Assembly: GCF_003018115.1 (NCBI RefSeq)
Contig: NZ_CP027457.1
Direction: 5' to 3' (one strand)
Origin: Escherichia coli
GTDB lineage: Bacteria; Pseudomonadota; Gammaproteobacteria; Enterobacterales; Enterobacteriaceae
DNA: 64,000 nucleotides
In this document: positions 20,186 to 31,079 of the stretch, piece by piece
How the letters are laid out: the number at the start of each line of letters is the position of its first letter
Numbering within the stretch: the stretch's first letter is position 1
Position numbers and translations under genes: made by a program
The notes under the pieces: generated by a model
What the model was told of the DNA's origin: nothing
Seen by the model: only the letters and a program-made list of their open reading frames with translations
Database searches by the model: none

Positions 20186-21181
20186 TTAATCAAAATATTG
20201 CGTCTGGATAAATTCACTGAGCTGCCGCAGGCCGGTGCGCGGTGAGAGCGTATTGTTTTTGACCGCTAAAAGCGTCTGGCGGTAATAGCGATCGAAATCT
20301 TCATTCGCGAACAGGTGATTCAGTACTTCTTCTTCGGTCTGCTTACGCAGCCATTCCACCGATTGTTGTTGCCGCACTTGTTGTAAACGACCACTGGCAG
20401 TTAGCGCGGTTTTGAAGTCGATGATGGCGTGCCAGATCTCATCGATTCCACGTTTTTCCAGTGCGCTACAAGTCAGAACCCGTGGCTGCCATTCGTCGTA
20501 TTTACGTCGCAGAATATGCAGGGCACTCTCGTACATATGCCGGGCAATGGCGACATTGGTATGGTTATCGCCATCGTCTTTGTTGATAACGATCAGATCA
20601 GCCACTTCCATCAGCCCTTTTTTAATGCCCTGCAGATCATCGCCGCCACCGGCAATTTGCAACGAGATAAAACAGTCCACCATGCGGGCGACTTCCGTTT
20701 CCGACTGCCCGACGCCAACCGTTTCGACAATCACTACGTCATAACCCGCCGCTTCGCATAACAGCATTAATTCCCGCGCTCGCTGACTGGCACCGCCCAG
20801 ATGACCGGAGGATGGTACCGGGCGAATAAACGCCGTCTCGGCACGCGCCAGGTCATTCATGCGGGTTTTATCCCCGAGAATGCTACCGCCAGTGACCGGA
20901 CTGCTGGGATCGACCGCAATAACCGCAACCTTTAATCCATCACGAATCAACAACATGCCAAAGGCTTCAAGAAAGGTACTTTTCCCCGCGCCGGGTGTGC
21001 CGGTAACGCCCAGTCGCAGGGCGTTACCGCAGTACGGCATAATGGCATCAAGCAGTTGCGTACTTAGCGCCTGATGACGCGGGTGACGGCTTTCCACCAG
21101 CGTCATGGCCTGGGCGAGTGTGGCACGCTCACCCTGACGTAAGCGGCGAATACTTTCTGCCAGCGTGGCTTCATTAATCAT
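20186..21181 (-). CDS. argK: methylmalonyl-CoA mutase-associated GTPase, MeaB-like (331 aa)
   Basis: P-loop [13 protein letters not shown]; start overlaps the sbm stop. Confidence 0.9.
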   Translation of the reverse strand: MINEATLAESIRRLRQGERATLAQAMTLVESRHPRHQALSTQLLDAIMPYCGNALRLGVTGTPGAGKSTFLEAFGMLLIRDGLKVAVIAVDPSSPVTGGSILGDKTRMNDLARAETAFIRPVPSSGHLGGASQRARELMLLCEAAGYDVVIVETVGVGQSETEVARMVDCFISLQIAGGGDDLQGIKKGLMEVADLIVINKDDGDNHTNVAIARHMYESALHILRRKYDEWQPRVLTCSALEKRGIDEIWHAIIDFKTALTASGRLQQVRQQQSVEWLRKQTEEEVLNHLFANEDFDRYYRQTLLAVKNNTLSPRTGLRQLSEFIQTQYFD

Positions 21182-23318
21182 GATGCTGGCTTATCAGATT
21201 CAGTACGTCGCGCACACTGTCGAGCATAGGTGTACCTGGACCATAAATCGCCGCCACGCCGCGCTCTTGCAGGAAGGCGTAATCCTGCGGTGGAATGACG
21301 CCACCGGCGACTACGCAGATATCTTCGCGTCCCCATTTTTTCAGCGCTTCGACCAGTTCCGGGATCAGCGTTTTATGACCGGCAGCCAGTGAGGATGCGC
21401 CCACTACGTGAACGTCATTTTCTACTGCCAGGCGGGCGATCTCTTCAGGTGTAGAGAACATCGGGCTTAAATCTACGTCGAAACCGAGATCGGAATAGGC
21501 GCTGGCGATCACTTTCGCGCCGCGATCGTGCCCATCCTGGCCCATTTTGGCGATCAGAATGCGCGGGCGACGACCATTGTCGGCAAGGAACTGCTCCGTT
21601 TGCGCAACAATGGCATCGAACTCCGAGGCCGATTTCTCAGATTGATGATAGCTTTGCGCAATCACGCCGGTAACACACTGGCTTGGCACCAGATAACGGT
21701 CGAAAGCGGCTTCCAGCGCATCGGAAATTTCACCCAGGGTGGCGCGAACGCGAGCGGCATTAACAGCGGCAGCCAGCAGGTTTTCGTTATGCTGTGCGGC
21801 GTGAGTCAGGGCGTTCAACGCGGCGGTTACGGCGGCATCATCACGGGTGGCGCGAATGCGTTCCAGCGAAGCAATTTGCTCGTTACGCACCATCACGTTG
21901 TCGATCTCAAGTACATCGGTTTCGTCTTCGTGATCCAGTTTGTACTTGTTGACACCAACGATGACACGCTTGCCCTGGTCGATCAGCGACTGTTCGCGCG
22001 CTGAGGCCTCTTCGATCATTCGTTTTGGCAGACCTGCTTCGATCGCTTTCGCCATGCCACCGGCTTCGTCGATCTGTTGGATAATAGCTCTGGCTTGTTT
22101 GACGATTTGATCGGTCAGCGACTCAATGTAATAGGATCCGGCCAGTGGATCGACGGTGCGGCAGAGTTCTGATTCTTCCTGGATGATGATCTGGGTGTTG
22201 CGGGCAATGCGTGCGGAGAAATCGGTAGGCAAACCAAGCGCTTCGTCAAAGGCGTTGGTATGCAGTGACTGAGTACCGCCCAGCGTCGCAGCCAGTGCTT
22301 CAATGGTGGTGCGGATAACGTTGTTATACGGATCCTGTTCAGTCAGGCTCCAGCCTGAGGTCTGGCAGTGGGTACGCAGCGCCAGTGATTTCGGGTCCTG
22401 TGCGCCAAATCCACTGACCGCTTCGCTCCATAAATAACGTGCCGCACGCAACATGGCGACGTTCATAAACAGATCCATGCCGATGCCGAAGAAGAACGAC
22501 AGGCGAGGAGCGAAGTCATCAATTTTCAGTCCGGCAGAGATTGCTGCTTTGATGTACTCAATCCCATCAGCGAGCGTAAATGCTACCTGCTGCACGCAGT
22601 TGGCACCCGCTTCACCCATGTGGTAACCGCTGATACTGATGGTATTAAATCGCGGCATGTTGCCGGAACACCAGGCGATGATGTCGGCGATAATGCGCAT
22701 TGACGGTTTTGGCGGGTAAATATAGGTGTTGCGGCAGAGGTACTCTTTGAGGATATCGTTCTGAATGGTGCCGGTCAGTTTATCAGGTGTAACACCTTGC
22801 TCTTCCGCGGCGACGATATAAAACGCCAGTACTGGTAGCACTGCGCCATTCATGGTCATCGAAACCGACATTTTATCCAGCGGGATCTGGTCGAACAGGA
22901 CTTTCATATCTTCCACGGTGTCGATAGCGACGCCCGCTTTGCCGACGTCGCCCGCCACGCGCGGGTTATCGGAGTCGTAGCCTCGGTGGGTGGCAAGGTC
23001 AAACGCAACGGAAAGACCTTTTTGCCCGGCGGCCAGGTTACGGCGATAAAAAGCGTTGGACTCTTTTGCTGTTGAAAAACCAGCATACTGACGGATGGTC
23101 CACGGTTGGGCGGTATACATAGTGGCACGCGGGCCACGAACGTAGGGCGGCAAACCAGGAAGGGTACCTGTCACCTCCAGATTATCGAGATCGGCTTCGG
23201 TATACAGCGGCTTGATGGCGATCCCTTCCGCGGTTTGCTGAACCAGCGAGTCGACAGTTTTCTCCCGACGGCTCAATTCCTTGTTGGCAAGCTGTTGCCA
23301 CTCCTGCACGTTAGACAT
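21174..23318 (-). CDS. scpA: methylmalonyl-CoA mutase, B12-dependent (714 aa)
   Basis: [26 protein letters not shown]-terminus; mutase catalytic and C-terminal B12-binding domains. Confidence 0.9.
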   Translation of the reverse strand: MSNVQEWQQLANKELSRREKTVDSLVQQTAEGIAIKPLYTEADLDNLEVTGTLPGLPPYVRGPRATMYTAQPWTIRQYAGFSTAKESNAFYRRNLAAGQKGLSVAFDLATHRGYDSDNPRVAGDVGKAGVAIDTVEDMKVLFDQIPLDKMSVSMTMNGAVLPVLAFYIVAAEEQGVTPDKLTGTIQNDILKEYLCRNTYIYPPKPSMRIIADIIAWCSGNMPRFNTISISGYHMGEAGANCVQQVAFTLADGIEYIKAAISAGLKIDDFAPRLSFFFGIGMDLFMNVAMLRAARYLWSEAVSGFGAQDPKSLALRTHCQTSGWSLTEQDPYNNVIRTTIEALAATLGGTQSLHTNAFDEALGLPTDFSARIARNTQIIIQEESELCRTVDPLAGSYYIESLTDQIVKQARAIIQQIDEAGGMAKAIEAGLPKRMIEEASAREQSLIDQGKRVIVGVNKYKLDHEDETDVLEIDNVMVRNEQIASLERIRATRDDAAVTAALNALTHAAQHNENLLAAAVNAARVRATLGEISDALEAAFDRYLVPSQCVTGVIAQSYHQSEKSASEFDAIVAQTEQFLADNGRRPRILIAKMGQDGHDRGAKVIASAYSDLGFDVDLSPMFSTPEEIARLAVENDVHVVGASSLAAGHKTLIPELVEALKKWGREDICVVAGGVIPPQDYAFLQERGVAAIYGPGTPMLDSVRDVLNLISQHHD

Positions 23319-23487
23319 TATTTGCTCCGTAAAACGCAATCAAAATGAGGGTATTTGCGCCTACGGTGAGCTTTTTACGTGGGTTTGTCGCCAGCAAAAA
23401 AAATGCATTCAGACGTCGTTTTTTGCCGCCTGAGATTTGTCTATTTTGTGATGTGATTCAAGGAATACAAAAAGAAGTGAGGACAAC

Positions 23488-23508
23488 GCCTGATATGTGC
23501 TATCAGGC
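23488..23508 (-). terminator. hairpin downstream of argP
   Basis: gcctgata/tatcaggc 8-bp stem with U-rich tail on the minus strand. Confidence 0.45.
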
Positions 23509-23521
23509 ATTATTTGATGGA

Positions 23522-24415
23522 TTAATCCTGACGAAGGACTTTGTGACCATAATCGAGTAACGCATCAGTGACTTTACGCATCATGCGGCTTTCAGGAGCA
23601 AAGCGGTGCCAGTAGAGCATCCGTCGTTGAAATAGCCCAGGCGTTAAGTCAATCAGTTCACCGCTGGCCAGCTCTTTCTCGATTTGCAGGTGCGGGATCA
23701 TACAGCAGGTGGTGCCCTGGCGAGCAAGTTGTACGAACGCTTCTGAAGAATTAACGATATGGCAGGGCACGCTGCCTGGAGGCAGATCGAAGTTTTGCTG
23801 CAAAAAGGCCTGGTGCATATCGTCAAGATGGTCAAACGCGACCACTGGCGCTTTCAGTAATGCCGAACGCGTTACGCCGTTAGGGAAATATTTTTCGGCA
23901 AAGGGTTTTGAGCTGACGAACAGATAGTCGAGCGCACCAAGTTTATCGACAAGACAACTCGGCAGCGCCTGATGTTGAATACTCACCGCGCCGACCACTT
24001 CGCCGCGGCGCAGACGTTCCTGAGTGCGGGTTTCATCTTCTACCTGCAAGTTGAGGCGGATAGGCGAATCAGCCAACACAGGAGCCAGTGCAGGAAGCAA
24101 CCACGTCGCCAGACTGTCGGCGTTGACCGCCAGTGAAAGCAGCAGCGGAGTCGAACCGGTTTGTTCATCGCCCAGCCACTCTTCTTCCAGCAACTCCACC
24201 TGGCGCAGCAGTGCCAGCAGTTTTTGACCTTGTTCCGTTGGGCGCGGCGGTACGGTACGCACTAACAGCGGCTGCCCGAACATATTTTCCAGTTGCTTAA
24301 TGCGCTGTGAGACGGCTGATTGTGTAATGCACAGCTTTTGTGCCGCGCGCTCAAATCCTCGTTCACGTATCACCGCATCCAGTGCCTGTAATGTTCTGTA
24401 GTCCGGGCGTTTCAT
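23522..24415 (-). CDS. argP: LysR-family regulator ArgP/IciA (297 aa)
   Basis: [44 protein letters not shown]-terminus. Confidence 0.9.
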
Positions 24416-24556
24416 TGCTGTTGTCTGCTCCTGGTAAATGCTTTTTCCTGCACTATGACACAATTTTGTGTCAGGTTGCATATACCGAAGCCGTCGGCGG
24501 GTAACATTTGTATTCGTGGTTAAACGCGCAGCTTAAAAGATCAGGGATTTGCGCTA

Positions 24557-24787
24557 ATGCATTTCGCTCAGCGAGTTCGCGCCCTGGTTGTGTTGAATGG
24601 CGTGGCGTTATTGCCTCAATTTGCCTGTAAACAGGGGCTTGCGAACGGTGAACTGGTGCGCCTGTTTGCACCGTGGAGCGGCATACCCAGATTGTTGCAT
24701 GCCTTATTTGCGGGGCGAAAGGGGATGCCTGCCATTGCGCGATATTTTATGGATGAGTTAACCACGCGGCTTGCCAACGGGGTCTGA
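24557..24787 (+). pseudogene. yqfE: C-terminal fragment of a LysR-family regulator
   Basis: 76-aa ORF resembling only the extreme C-terminus of a LysR substrate-binding domain, with no HTH; lies between argP and rpiA. Confidence 0.55.
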
Positions 24788-24842
24788 ATCGCTTTTTTTG
24801 TATATAATGCGTGTGAAATTTCATACCACAGGCGAAACGATC

Positions 24843-25502
24843 ATGACGCAGGATGAATTGAAAAAAGCAGTAGGATGGGCGGCACTTCAGTATGTTCAGC
24901 CCGGCACCATTGTTGGTGTAGGTACAGGTTCCACCGCCGCACACTTTATTGACGCGCTCGGTACAATGAAAGGCCAGATTGAAGGGGCCGTTTCCAGTTC
25001 AGATGCTTCCACTGAAAAACTGAAAAGCCTCGGCATTCACGTTTTTGATCTCAACGAAGTCGACAGCCTTGGCATCTACGTTGATGGCGCAGATGAAATC
25101 AACGGCCACATGCAAATGATCAAAGGCGGCGGCGCGGCGCTGACCCGTGAAAAAATCATTGCTTCGGTTGCGGAAAAATTTATCTGCATTGCAGACGCTT
25201 CCAAGCAGGTTGATATTCTGGGTAAATTCCCGCTGCCAGTAGAAGTTATCCCGATGGCACGTAGTGCAGTGGCGCGCCAACTGGTGAAACTGGGCGGTCG
25301 TCCGGAATACCGTCAGGGCGTGGTGACCGATAATGGCAACGTGATCCTCGACGTCCACGGCATGGAAATCCTTGACCCGATAGCGATGGAAAACGCCATA
25401 AATGCGATTCCTGGCGTGGTGACTGTTGGCTTGTTTGCTAACCGTGGCGCGGACGTTGCGCTGATTGGCACACCTGACGGTGTCAAAACCATTGTGAAAT
25501 GA
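24843..25502 (+). CDS. rpiA: ribose-5-phosphate isomerase A (219 aa)
   Basis: [32 protein letters not shown]-terminus; ATG at 24843. Confidence 0.95.
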
Positions 25503-25505
25503 TCT

Positions 25506-25525
25506 GACGGGGGAACCTCCCCCGT
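25506..25525 (+). terminator. hairpin immediately after rpiA
   Basis: acggggg/cccccgt stem; followed by an A-run then a T-rich stretch. Confidence 0.4.
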
Positions 25526-25757
25526 TAAAAAAATTCTCTTCATTAAATTTGGTGACATGTGTCACGCTTTTACCAGGCAATTGTCGATTGCTCTAAATAA
25601 ATCCTCTAAACCAGCATATTCATCCAAGAATTACCTTTGCGTGATATTTCCTCAACATCGCGACGCAAACGTTCATATTGCCGCAATATTATTTTTTGAT
25701 ATGTTGAAAGGCGGATGCAAATCCGCACACAACATTTCAAAAGACAGGATTGGGTAA

Positions 25758-26990
25758 ATGGCAAAGGTATCGCTGGAGAAAGACAAGATTAAGTTTCTGC
25801 TGGTAGAAGGCGTGCACCAAAAGGCGCTGGAAAGCCTTCGTGCAGCTGGTTACACCAACATCGAATTTCACAAAGGCGCGCTGGATGATGAACAATTAAA
25901 AGAATCCATCCGCGATGCCCACTTCATCGGCCTGCGATCCCGTACCCATCTGACTGAAGACGTGATCAACGCCGCAGAAAAACTGGTCGCTATTGGCTGT
26001 TTCTGTATCGGAACAAACCAGGTTGATCTGGATGCGGCGGCAAAGCGCGGGATCCCGGTATTTAACGCACCGTTCTCAAATACGCGCTCTGTTGCGGAGC
26101 TGGTGATTGGCGAACTGCTGCTGCTATTGCGCGGCGTGCCGGAAGCCAATGCTAAAGCGCACCGTGGCGTGTGGAACAAACTGGCGGCGGGGTCTTTTGA
26201 AGCGCGCGGCAAAAAGCTGGGTATCATCGGCTACGGTCATATTGGTACGCAATTGGGCATTCTGGCTGAATCGCTGGGAATGTATGTTTACTTTTATGAT
26301 ATTGAAAACAAACTGCCGCTAGGCAACGCCACTCAGGTACAGCATCTTTCTGACCTGCTGAATATGAGCGATGTGGTGAGTCTGCATGTACCAGAGAATC
26401 CGTCCACCAAAAATATGATGGGCGCGAAAGAAATTTCACTAATGAAGCCCGGCTCGCTGCTGATTAATGCTTCGCGCGGTACTGTGGTGGATATTCCGGC
26501 GCTGTGTGATGCGCTGGCGAGCAAACATCTGGCGGGGGCGGCAATCGACGTATTCCCGACGGAACCGGCGACCAATAGCGATCCATTTACCTCTCCGCTG
26601 TGTGAATTCGACAACGTCCTTCTGACGCCACACATTGGCGGTTCGACTCAGGAAGCGCAGGAGAATATTGGCCTGGAAGTTGCGGGTAAATTGATCAAGT
26701 ATTCTGACAATGGCTCAACGCTCTCTGCGGTGAACTTCCCGGAAGTCTCGCTGCCACTGCACGGTGGGCGTCGTCTGATGCACATCCACGAAAACCGTCC
26801 GGGCGTGCTAACTGCGCTGAACAAAATCTTCGCCGAGCAGGGCGTCAACATCGCCGCGCAATATCTACAAACTTCCGCCCAGATGGGTTATGTGGTTATT
26901 GATATTGAAGCCGACGAAGACGTTGCCGAAAAAGCGCTGCAGGCAATGAAAGCTATTCCGGGTACCATTCGCGCCCGTCTGCTGTACTAA
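25758..26990 (+). CDS. serA: D-3-phosphoglycerate dehydrogenase (410 aa)
   Basis: MAKVSLEKDKIKFLLVEGVHQKALESLRAAGY N-terminus; NAD-binding GYGHIGTQ; C-terminal ACT domain. Confidence 0.95.
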   Translation: MAKVSLEKDKIKFLLVEGVHQKALESLRAAGYTNIEFHKGALDDEQLKESIRDAHFIGLRSRTHLTEDVINAAEKLVAIGCFCIGTNQVDLDAAAKRGIPVFNAPFSNTRSVAELVIGELLLLLRGVPEANAKAHRGVWNKLAAGSFEARGKKLGIIGYGHIGTQLGILAESLGMYVYFYDIENKLPLGNATQVQHLSDLLNMSDVVSLHVPENPSTKNMMGAKEISLMKPGSLLINASRGTVVDIPALCDALASKHLAGAAIDVFPTEPATNSDPFTSPLCEFDNVLLTPHIGGSTQEAQENIGLEVAGKLIKYSDNGSTLSAVNFPEVSLPLHGGRRLMHIHENRPGVLTALNKIFAEQGVNIAAQYLQTSAQMGYVVIDIEADEDVAEKALQAMKAIPGTIRARLLY

Positions 26991-27010
26991 TTCCCCTTCT
27001 CTGAAAATCA

Positions 27011-27042
27011 ACGGGCAGGTCACTGACTTGCCCGTTTTTTTA
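27011..27042 (+). terminator. intrinsic terminator after serA
   Basis: acgggca/tgcccgt stem followed by a 7-T run. Confidence 0.7.
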
Positions 27043-27174
27043 TCCCTTCTCCACACCGTTGCCGCGTTGCGCATTCTACTTTGCGAGTCTGCTCCAGAAA
27101 ATAAATCAAAGTCAGATCAATGCGTTGTGTTTATTTAATGGGGATTTACGATGGCAGGACAGCATAGGGCTGTA

Positions 27175-27330
27175 ACGGTAAAGCCCTCACCGAAGCGAGG
27201 GCTTGAAGGAGAAGGGTTATGATGCGACTTGTCATCATACTGATTGTACTGTTACTCATAAGTTTCCCAGCTTATTAACAGTCAGTCTCAGGGGAGGAGT
27301 CATCCTCCCTTACCCTTACTCACTAAATTA
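27175..27330 (-). ncRNA. sibC: Sib-family antisense RNA (antitoxin) opposite ibs copy 1; ends approximate
   Basis: Inferred from the conserved Ibs/Sib architecture (antisense RNA spanning the whole toxin ORF and its SD); flanking hairpins at 27181..27204 and 27289..27310; ends not determinable from sequence alone. Confidence 0.4.
27219..27278 (+). CDS. ibsC: Ibs-family type I toxin peptide, 19 aa (MMRLVIILIVLLLISFPAY), copy 1
   Basis: ATG ATG start with GAAGGAGAAGGG SD; 19-codon hydrophobic ORF matching the Ibs family; below the ORF-track size threshold. Confidence 0.7.
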   Translation: MMRLVIILIVLLLISFPAY

Positions 27331-27359
27331 GGTCAAAGAATCAACGATGTCAATCAGGG

Positions 27360-27427
27360 CGATGCGGGATGTATCGCCCTGAACCGATCATTTGGATGCG
27401 GGATGTATCGCCCTGAACCGATCATTT
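27360..27427. repeat. 34-bp perfect tandem duplication carrying a hairpin
   Basis: ggatgcgggatgtatcgccctgaaccgatcattt occurs twice head to tail; unit contains the inverted repeat agggcgat..atcgccct. Confidence 0.85.
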
Positions 27428-27600
27428 GATAGACACTTCATCGCCCACGTTTACTGCCGTAATTAATCCCTTATCCCTGCAATGTGTGTCTGTCTTACAT
27501 GACGTTTTACGAGTGCGCTCGAAGAAAAAATTTAAAGGTAGATCAATGCATTGTGCATATTTAAAGAGAGTTTACGATGGCAGGGCAGCATGGGGCTGTA

Positions 27601-27756
27601 ACGGTAAAGCCCTCACCGAAGCGAGGGCTTGAAGGAGAAGGGTTATGATGCGACTTGTCATCATACTGATTGTACTGTTACTCATAAGTTTCAGCGCTTA
27701 TTAACAGTCAGTCACAGGGGAGGAGCAATCCTCCCTTACCCTTACTCACTAAATTA
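27601..27756 (-). ncRNA. sibC: Sib-family antisense RNA opposite ibs copy 2; ends approximate
   Basis: Paralogous to the copy-1 region at about 90 percent identity; same inference. Confidence 0.4.
27645..27704 (+). CDS. ibsC: Ibs-family type I toxin peptide, 19 aa (MMRLVIILIVLLLISFSAY), copy 2
   Basis: Same SD and ORF structure as copy 1, 426 bp downstream; peptide matches IbsC as I recall it. Confidence 0.7.
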   Translation: MMRLVIILIVLLLISFSAY

Positions 27757-27804
27757 GGTTAAAGAATCAACGATGTCAATCAGGGCGATGCAGGTGTGTC
27801 GCCC

Positions 27805-28353
27805 TCACCACTCCCAGACTTTCGACGGTGTAACCACCGCAGGAAGAGGGATATCCCACTCTTCAACGGGGAGTTTTTCCACCAACTGACAATCATGCGC
27901 ATAACCCACCGGTTGCATTTTATAGTGCTGCCAGTTTTGTAAGGTCCGATCATAAAAACCACCGCCCATTCCCAGGCGCTGGCCGTACTCATCAAAGGCG
28001 ACCAGCGGTGTGATCAACACGTCTAATCGGGAAAGGGGTAGCACGTCACGCACATCCAATTTTGGCTCATGGATCTTCAACCTGTTCATCACCAGTTCGC
28101 TTTGCGGATGGTAATTCAGGAACAGCAAATTACCGGCACTAAAGGGATGCAAAACTGGAAGATATACGCGCTTACCGGCGCGCCAGAGTTGTTCTATGAG
28201 TGGCTGGGTGTCGAGTTCGCCATCAAAAGAGAGGAATACAGCGACCGTATGTGCCATCACCACCGGGGGATAAGTCATCATCCGGGTAGCGGCTTGTTGA
28301 CCCATTTCCTGCTGTTGTTCCGGCGTTAACGTACGACGACGTTGCCGAATCAT
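27805..28353 (-). CDS. fau: 5-formyltetrahydrofolate cyclo-ligase (182 aa from ATG 28353; alternative upstream ATG at 28407)
   Basis: Translation MIRQRRRTLTPEQQQEMGQQAATRM...; sits immediately downstream of ssrS on the same strand; the long track ORF reading into ssrS is an artefact. Confidence 0.8.
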   Translation of the reverse strand: MIRQRRRTLTPEQQQEMGQQAATRMMTYPPVVMAHTVAVFLSFDGELDTQPLIEQLWRAGKRVYLPVLHPFSAGNLLFLNYHPQSELVMNRLKIHEPKLDVRDVLPLSRLDVLITPLVAFDEYGQRLGMGGGFYDRTLQNWQHYKMQPVGYAHDCQLVEKLPVEEWDIPLPAVVTPSKVWEW

Positions 28354-28423
28354 TTTGCGGATTTCTTGTCGGGATAATGTCAGTGGGAGTTCTGGTAGTT
28401 GCGTCATGGCTGGTGCCAGATAA

Positions 28424-28611
28424 GAAGGGAATCTCCGAGATGCCGCCGCAGGCTGTAACCCTTGAACCCTTGGTTCAAGGTGAATGTGTCGTCGCAGTTT
28501 TAAGGCTTCTCGGACGGACCGAGCATGCTCACCAACCGCGGAGCGCCACATTCTTGTGGTATGAAATATCGGCTCAGGGGACTGGCCCGCTTGCGAACAT
28601 CTCAGAGAAAT
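28424..28611 (-). ncRNA. ssrS: 6S RNA
   Basis: Minus-strand sequence reads AUUUCUCUGAGAUGUUCGCAAGCGGGCCAGUCCCCUGAGCCGAUAUUUCAUACCACAAG...GGAGAUUCCCU, matching E. coli 6S RNA as recalled; ends within a few nt. Confidence 0.9.
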
Positions 28612-28652
28612 TTTGTCTTCACGGTTACTCTACCACAGTAAACCGAAAAGTG

Positions 28653-29048
<396 letters not shown>

Positions 29049-29149
29049 CTATAGCTACCCTGATGAGAAGAGACAAGCCCTTTTCTGGTCCACCAGGGCC
29101 CAAAGTGGTAGCATATCATGAATATTCCTCCCTTTGACGACGAATGCTT

Positions 29150-29728
29150 ATGTCTATACAGAACGAAATGCCTGGTTACAACGAAATGAACCAGTATCTG
29201 AACCAACAAGGGACGGGTCTGACCCCTGCTGAGATGCATGGTTTAATCAGTGGGATGATATGTGGCGGTAACGATGACAGCTCATGGCTGCCGCTACTTC
29301 ACGACCTGACGAACGAAGGCATGGCTTTCGGTCATGAGCTGGCACAGGCACTGCGTAAAATGCACTCTGCCACCAGCGATGCCCTGCAGGATGACGGCTT
29401 CCTTTTTCAGCTTTATCTGCCTGATGGCGATGATGTCAGCGTTTTCGATCGGGCTGATGCGCTGGCAGGTTGGGTCAATCACTTCCTGCTTGGTCTTGGC
29501 GTTACGCAACCGAAGCTGGACAAAGTGACCGGCGAAACCGGTGAAGCCATCGACGATCTGCGTAACATCGCGCAGTTGGGCTACGACGAAGACGAAGATC
29601 AGGAAGAGCTTGAAATGTCGCTTGAAGAGATCATCGAGTACGTCCGTGTTGCCGCGCTGTTATGCCACGACACCTTTACTCATCCGCAACCGACCGCGCC
29701 AGAAGTACAAAAACCGACTCTACACTAA
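29150..29728 (+). CDS. ygfB: UPF0149-family protein (192 aa)
   Basis: [32 protein letters not shown]-terminus; first gene of the ygfB-pepP-ubiH-ubiI cluster. Confidence 0.85.
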
Positions 29729-29753
29729 AAACAAAAAACGTAAGGAGAGTGTT

Positions 29754-31079
29754 ATGAGTGAGATATCCCGGCAAGAGTTTCAGCGTCGCCGTCAGGCCCT
29801 GGTGGAGCAAATGCAACCCGGCAGCGCCGCGCTGATTTTTGCTGCACCAGAAGTAACACGTAGCGCCGACAGCGAATACCCCTATCGTCAGAACAGTGAC
29901 TTCTGGTACTTCACCGGCTTTAACGAACCGGAAGCGGTGCTGGTGCTGATTAAAAGCGATGACACTCATAACCACAGCGTTCTGTTTAACCGCGTTCGCG
30001 ACCTGACGGCGGAGATCTGGTTTGGCCGTCGTTTAGGTCAGGATGCCGCGCCAGAGAAACTGGGCGTTGACCGCGCACTGGCATTCAGCGAAATTAATCA
30101 GCAACTTTATCAACTACTTAATGGTCTGGATGTGGTTTACCACGCCCAGGGCGAATATGCATATGCTGATGAAATCGTGAACAGCGCGCTTGAGAAACTG
30201 CGTAAAGGTTCGCGGCAAAATCTCACCGCGCCGGCAACGATGATCGACTGGCGTCCCATTGTTCATGAAATGCGCCTGTTCAAATCGCCGGAAGAGATTG
30301 CCGTACTTCGCCGCGCGGGTGAAATCACCGCCCTGGCGCATACCCGGGCGATGGAAAAATGCCGTCCGGGAATGTTCGAGTACCACCTGGAAGGCGAAAT
30401 TCACCACGAATTTAACCGCCACGGCGCGCGCTATCCTTCCTATAACACCATTGTCGGCAGCGGTGAAAACGGCTGCATTCTGCATTACACCGAAAACGAG
30501 TGTGAACTGCGCGACGGCGATCTGGTGTTGATTGACGCGGGTTGCGAATACAAAGGTTACGCTGGCGATATTACCCGCACCTTCCCGGTCAACGGCAAAT
30601 TCACTCAGGCTCAGCGTGAAATCTACGACATTGTGCTGGAGTCTCTCGAAACCAGCCTGCGCCTGTATCGTCCGGGAACTTCCATTCAGGAAGTCACCGG
30701 TGAAGTGGTGCGCATCATGGTTAGCGGCCTGGTAAAACTCGGCATCCTGAAAGGTGATGTTGATGAACTGATCGCTCAGAACGCCCATCGTCCTTTCTTT
30801 ATGCATGGCCTTAGCCACTGGTTAGGGCTGGATGTCCATGACGTTGGCGTTTATGGTCAGGATCGCTCGCGCATTCTGGAACCGGGCATGGTACTGACCG
30901 TAGAGCCAGGGCTGTATATTGCGCCGGATGCAGAAGTGCCAGAACAATATCGCGGTATCGGCATTCGTATTGAAGACGACATTGTGATTACCGAAACCGG
31001 TAACGAAAACCTCACCGCCAGCGTGGTGAAAAAGCCGGAAGAAATCGAAGCATTGATGGCAGCTGCGAGAAAGCAATGA
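29754..31079 (+). CDS. pepP: Xaa-Pro aminopeptidase (441 aa)
   Basis: MSEISRQEFQRRRQALVEQMQPGSAALIFAAPE N-terminus; M24 metallopeptidase domain; ATG 29754 with AAGGAGAG SD. Confidence 0.95.
   Translation: MSEISRQEFQRRRQALVEQMQPGSAALIFAAPEVTRSADSEYPYRQNSDFWYFTGFNEPEAVLVLIKSDDTHNHSVLFNRVRDLTAEIWFGRRLGQDAAPEKLGVDRALAFSEINQQLYQLLNGLDVVYHAQGEYAYADEIVNSALEKLRKGSRQNLTAPATMIDWRPIVHEMRLFKSPEEIAVLRRAGEITALAHTRAMEKCRPGMFEYHLEGEIHHEFNRHGARYPSYNTIVGSGENGCILHYTENECELRDGDLVLIDAGCEYKGYAGDITRTFPVNGKFTQAQREIYDIVLESLETSLRLYRPGTSIQEVTGEVVRIMVSGLVKLGILKGDVDELIAQNAHRPFFMHGLSHWLGLDVHDVGVYGQDRSRILEPGMVLTVEPGLYIAPDAEVPEQYRGIGIRIEDDIVITETGNENLTASVVKKPEEIEALMAAARKQ

Noticed and set aside
27100-27800. Possible CRISPR array, suggested by the repeated units
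   Set aside because: Only two long units (about 265 bp) plus one 34-bp duplication, no regular short repeat-spacer periodicity and no cas genes; better explained as tandem Ibs/Sib modules.
28354-28551. Extended fau ORF reading through the 6S RNA gene
   Set aside because: The region is the structured 6S RNA; the extension is an open frame by chance. The shorter fau start is more plausible.
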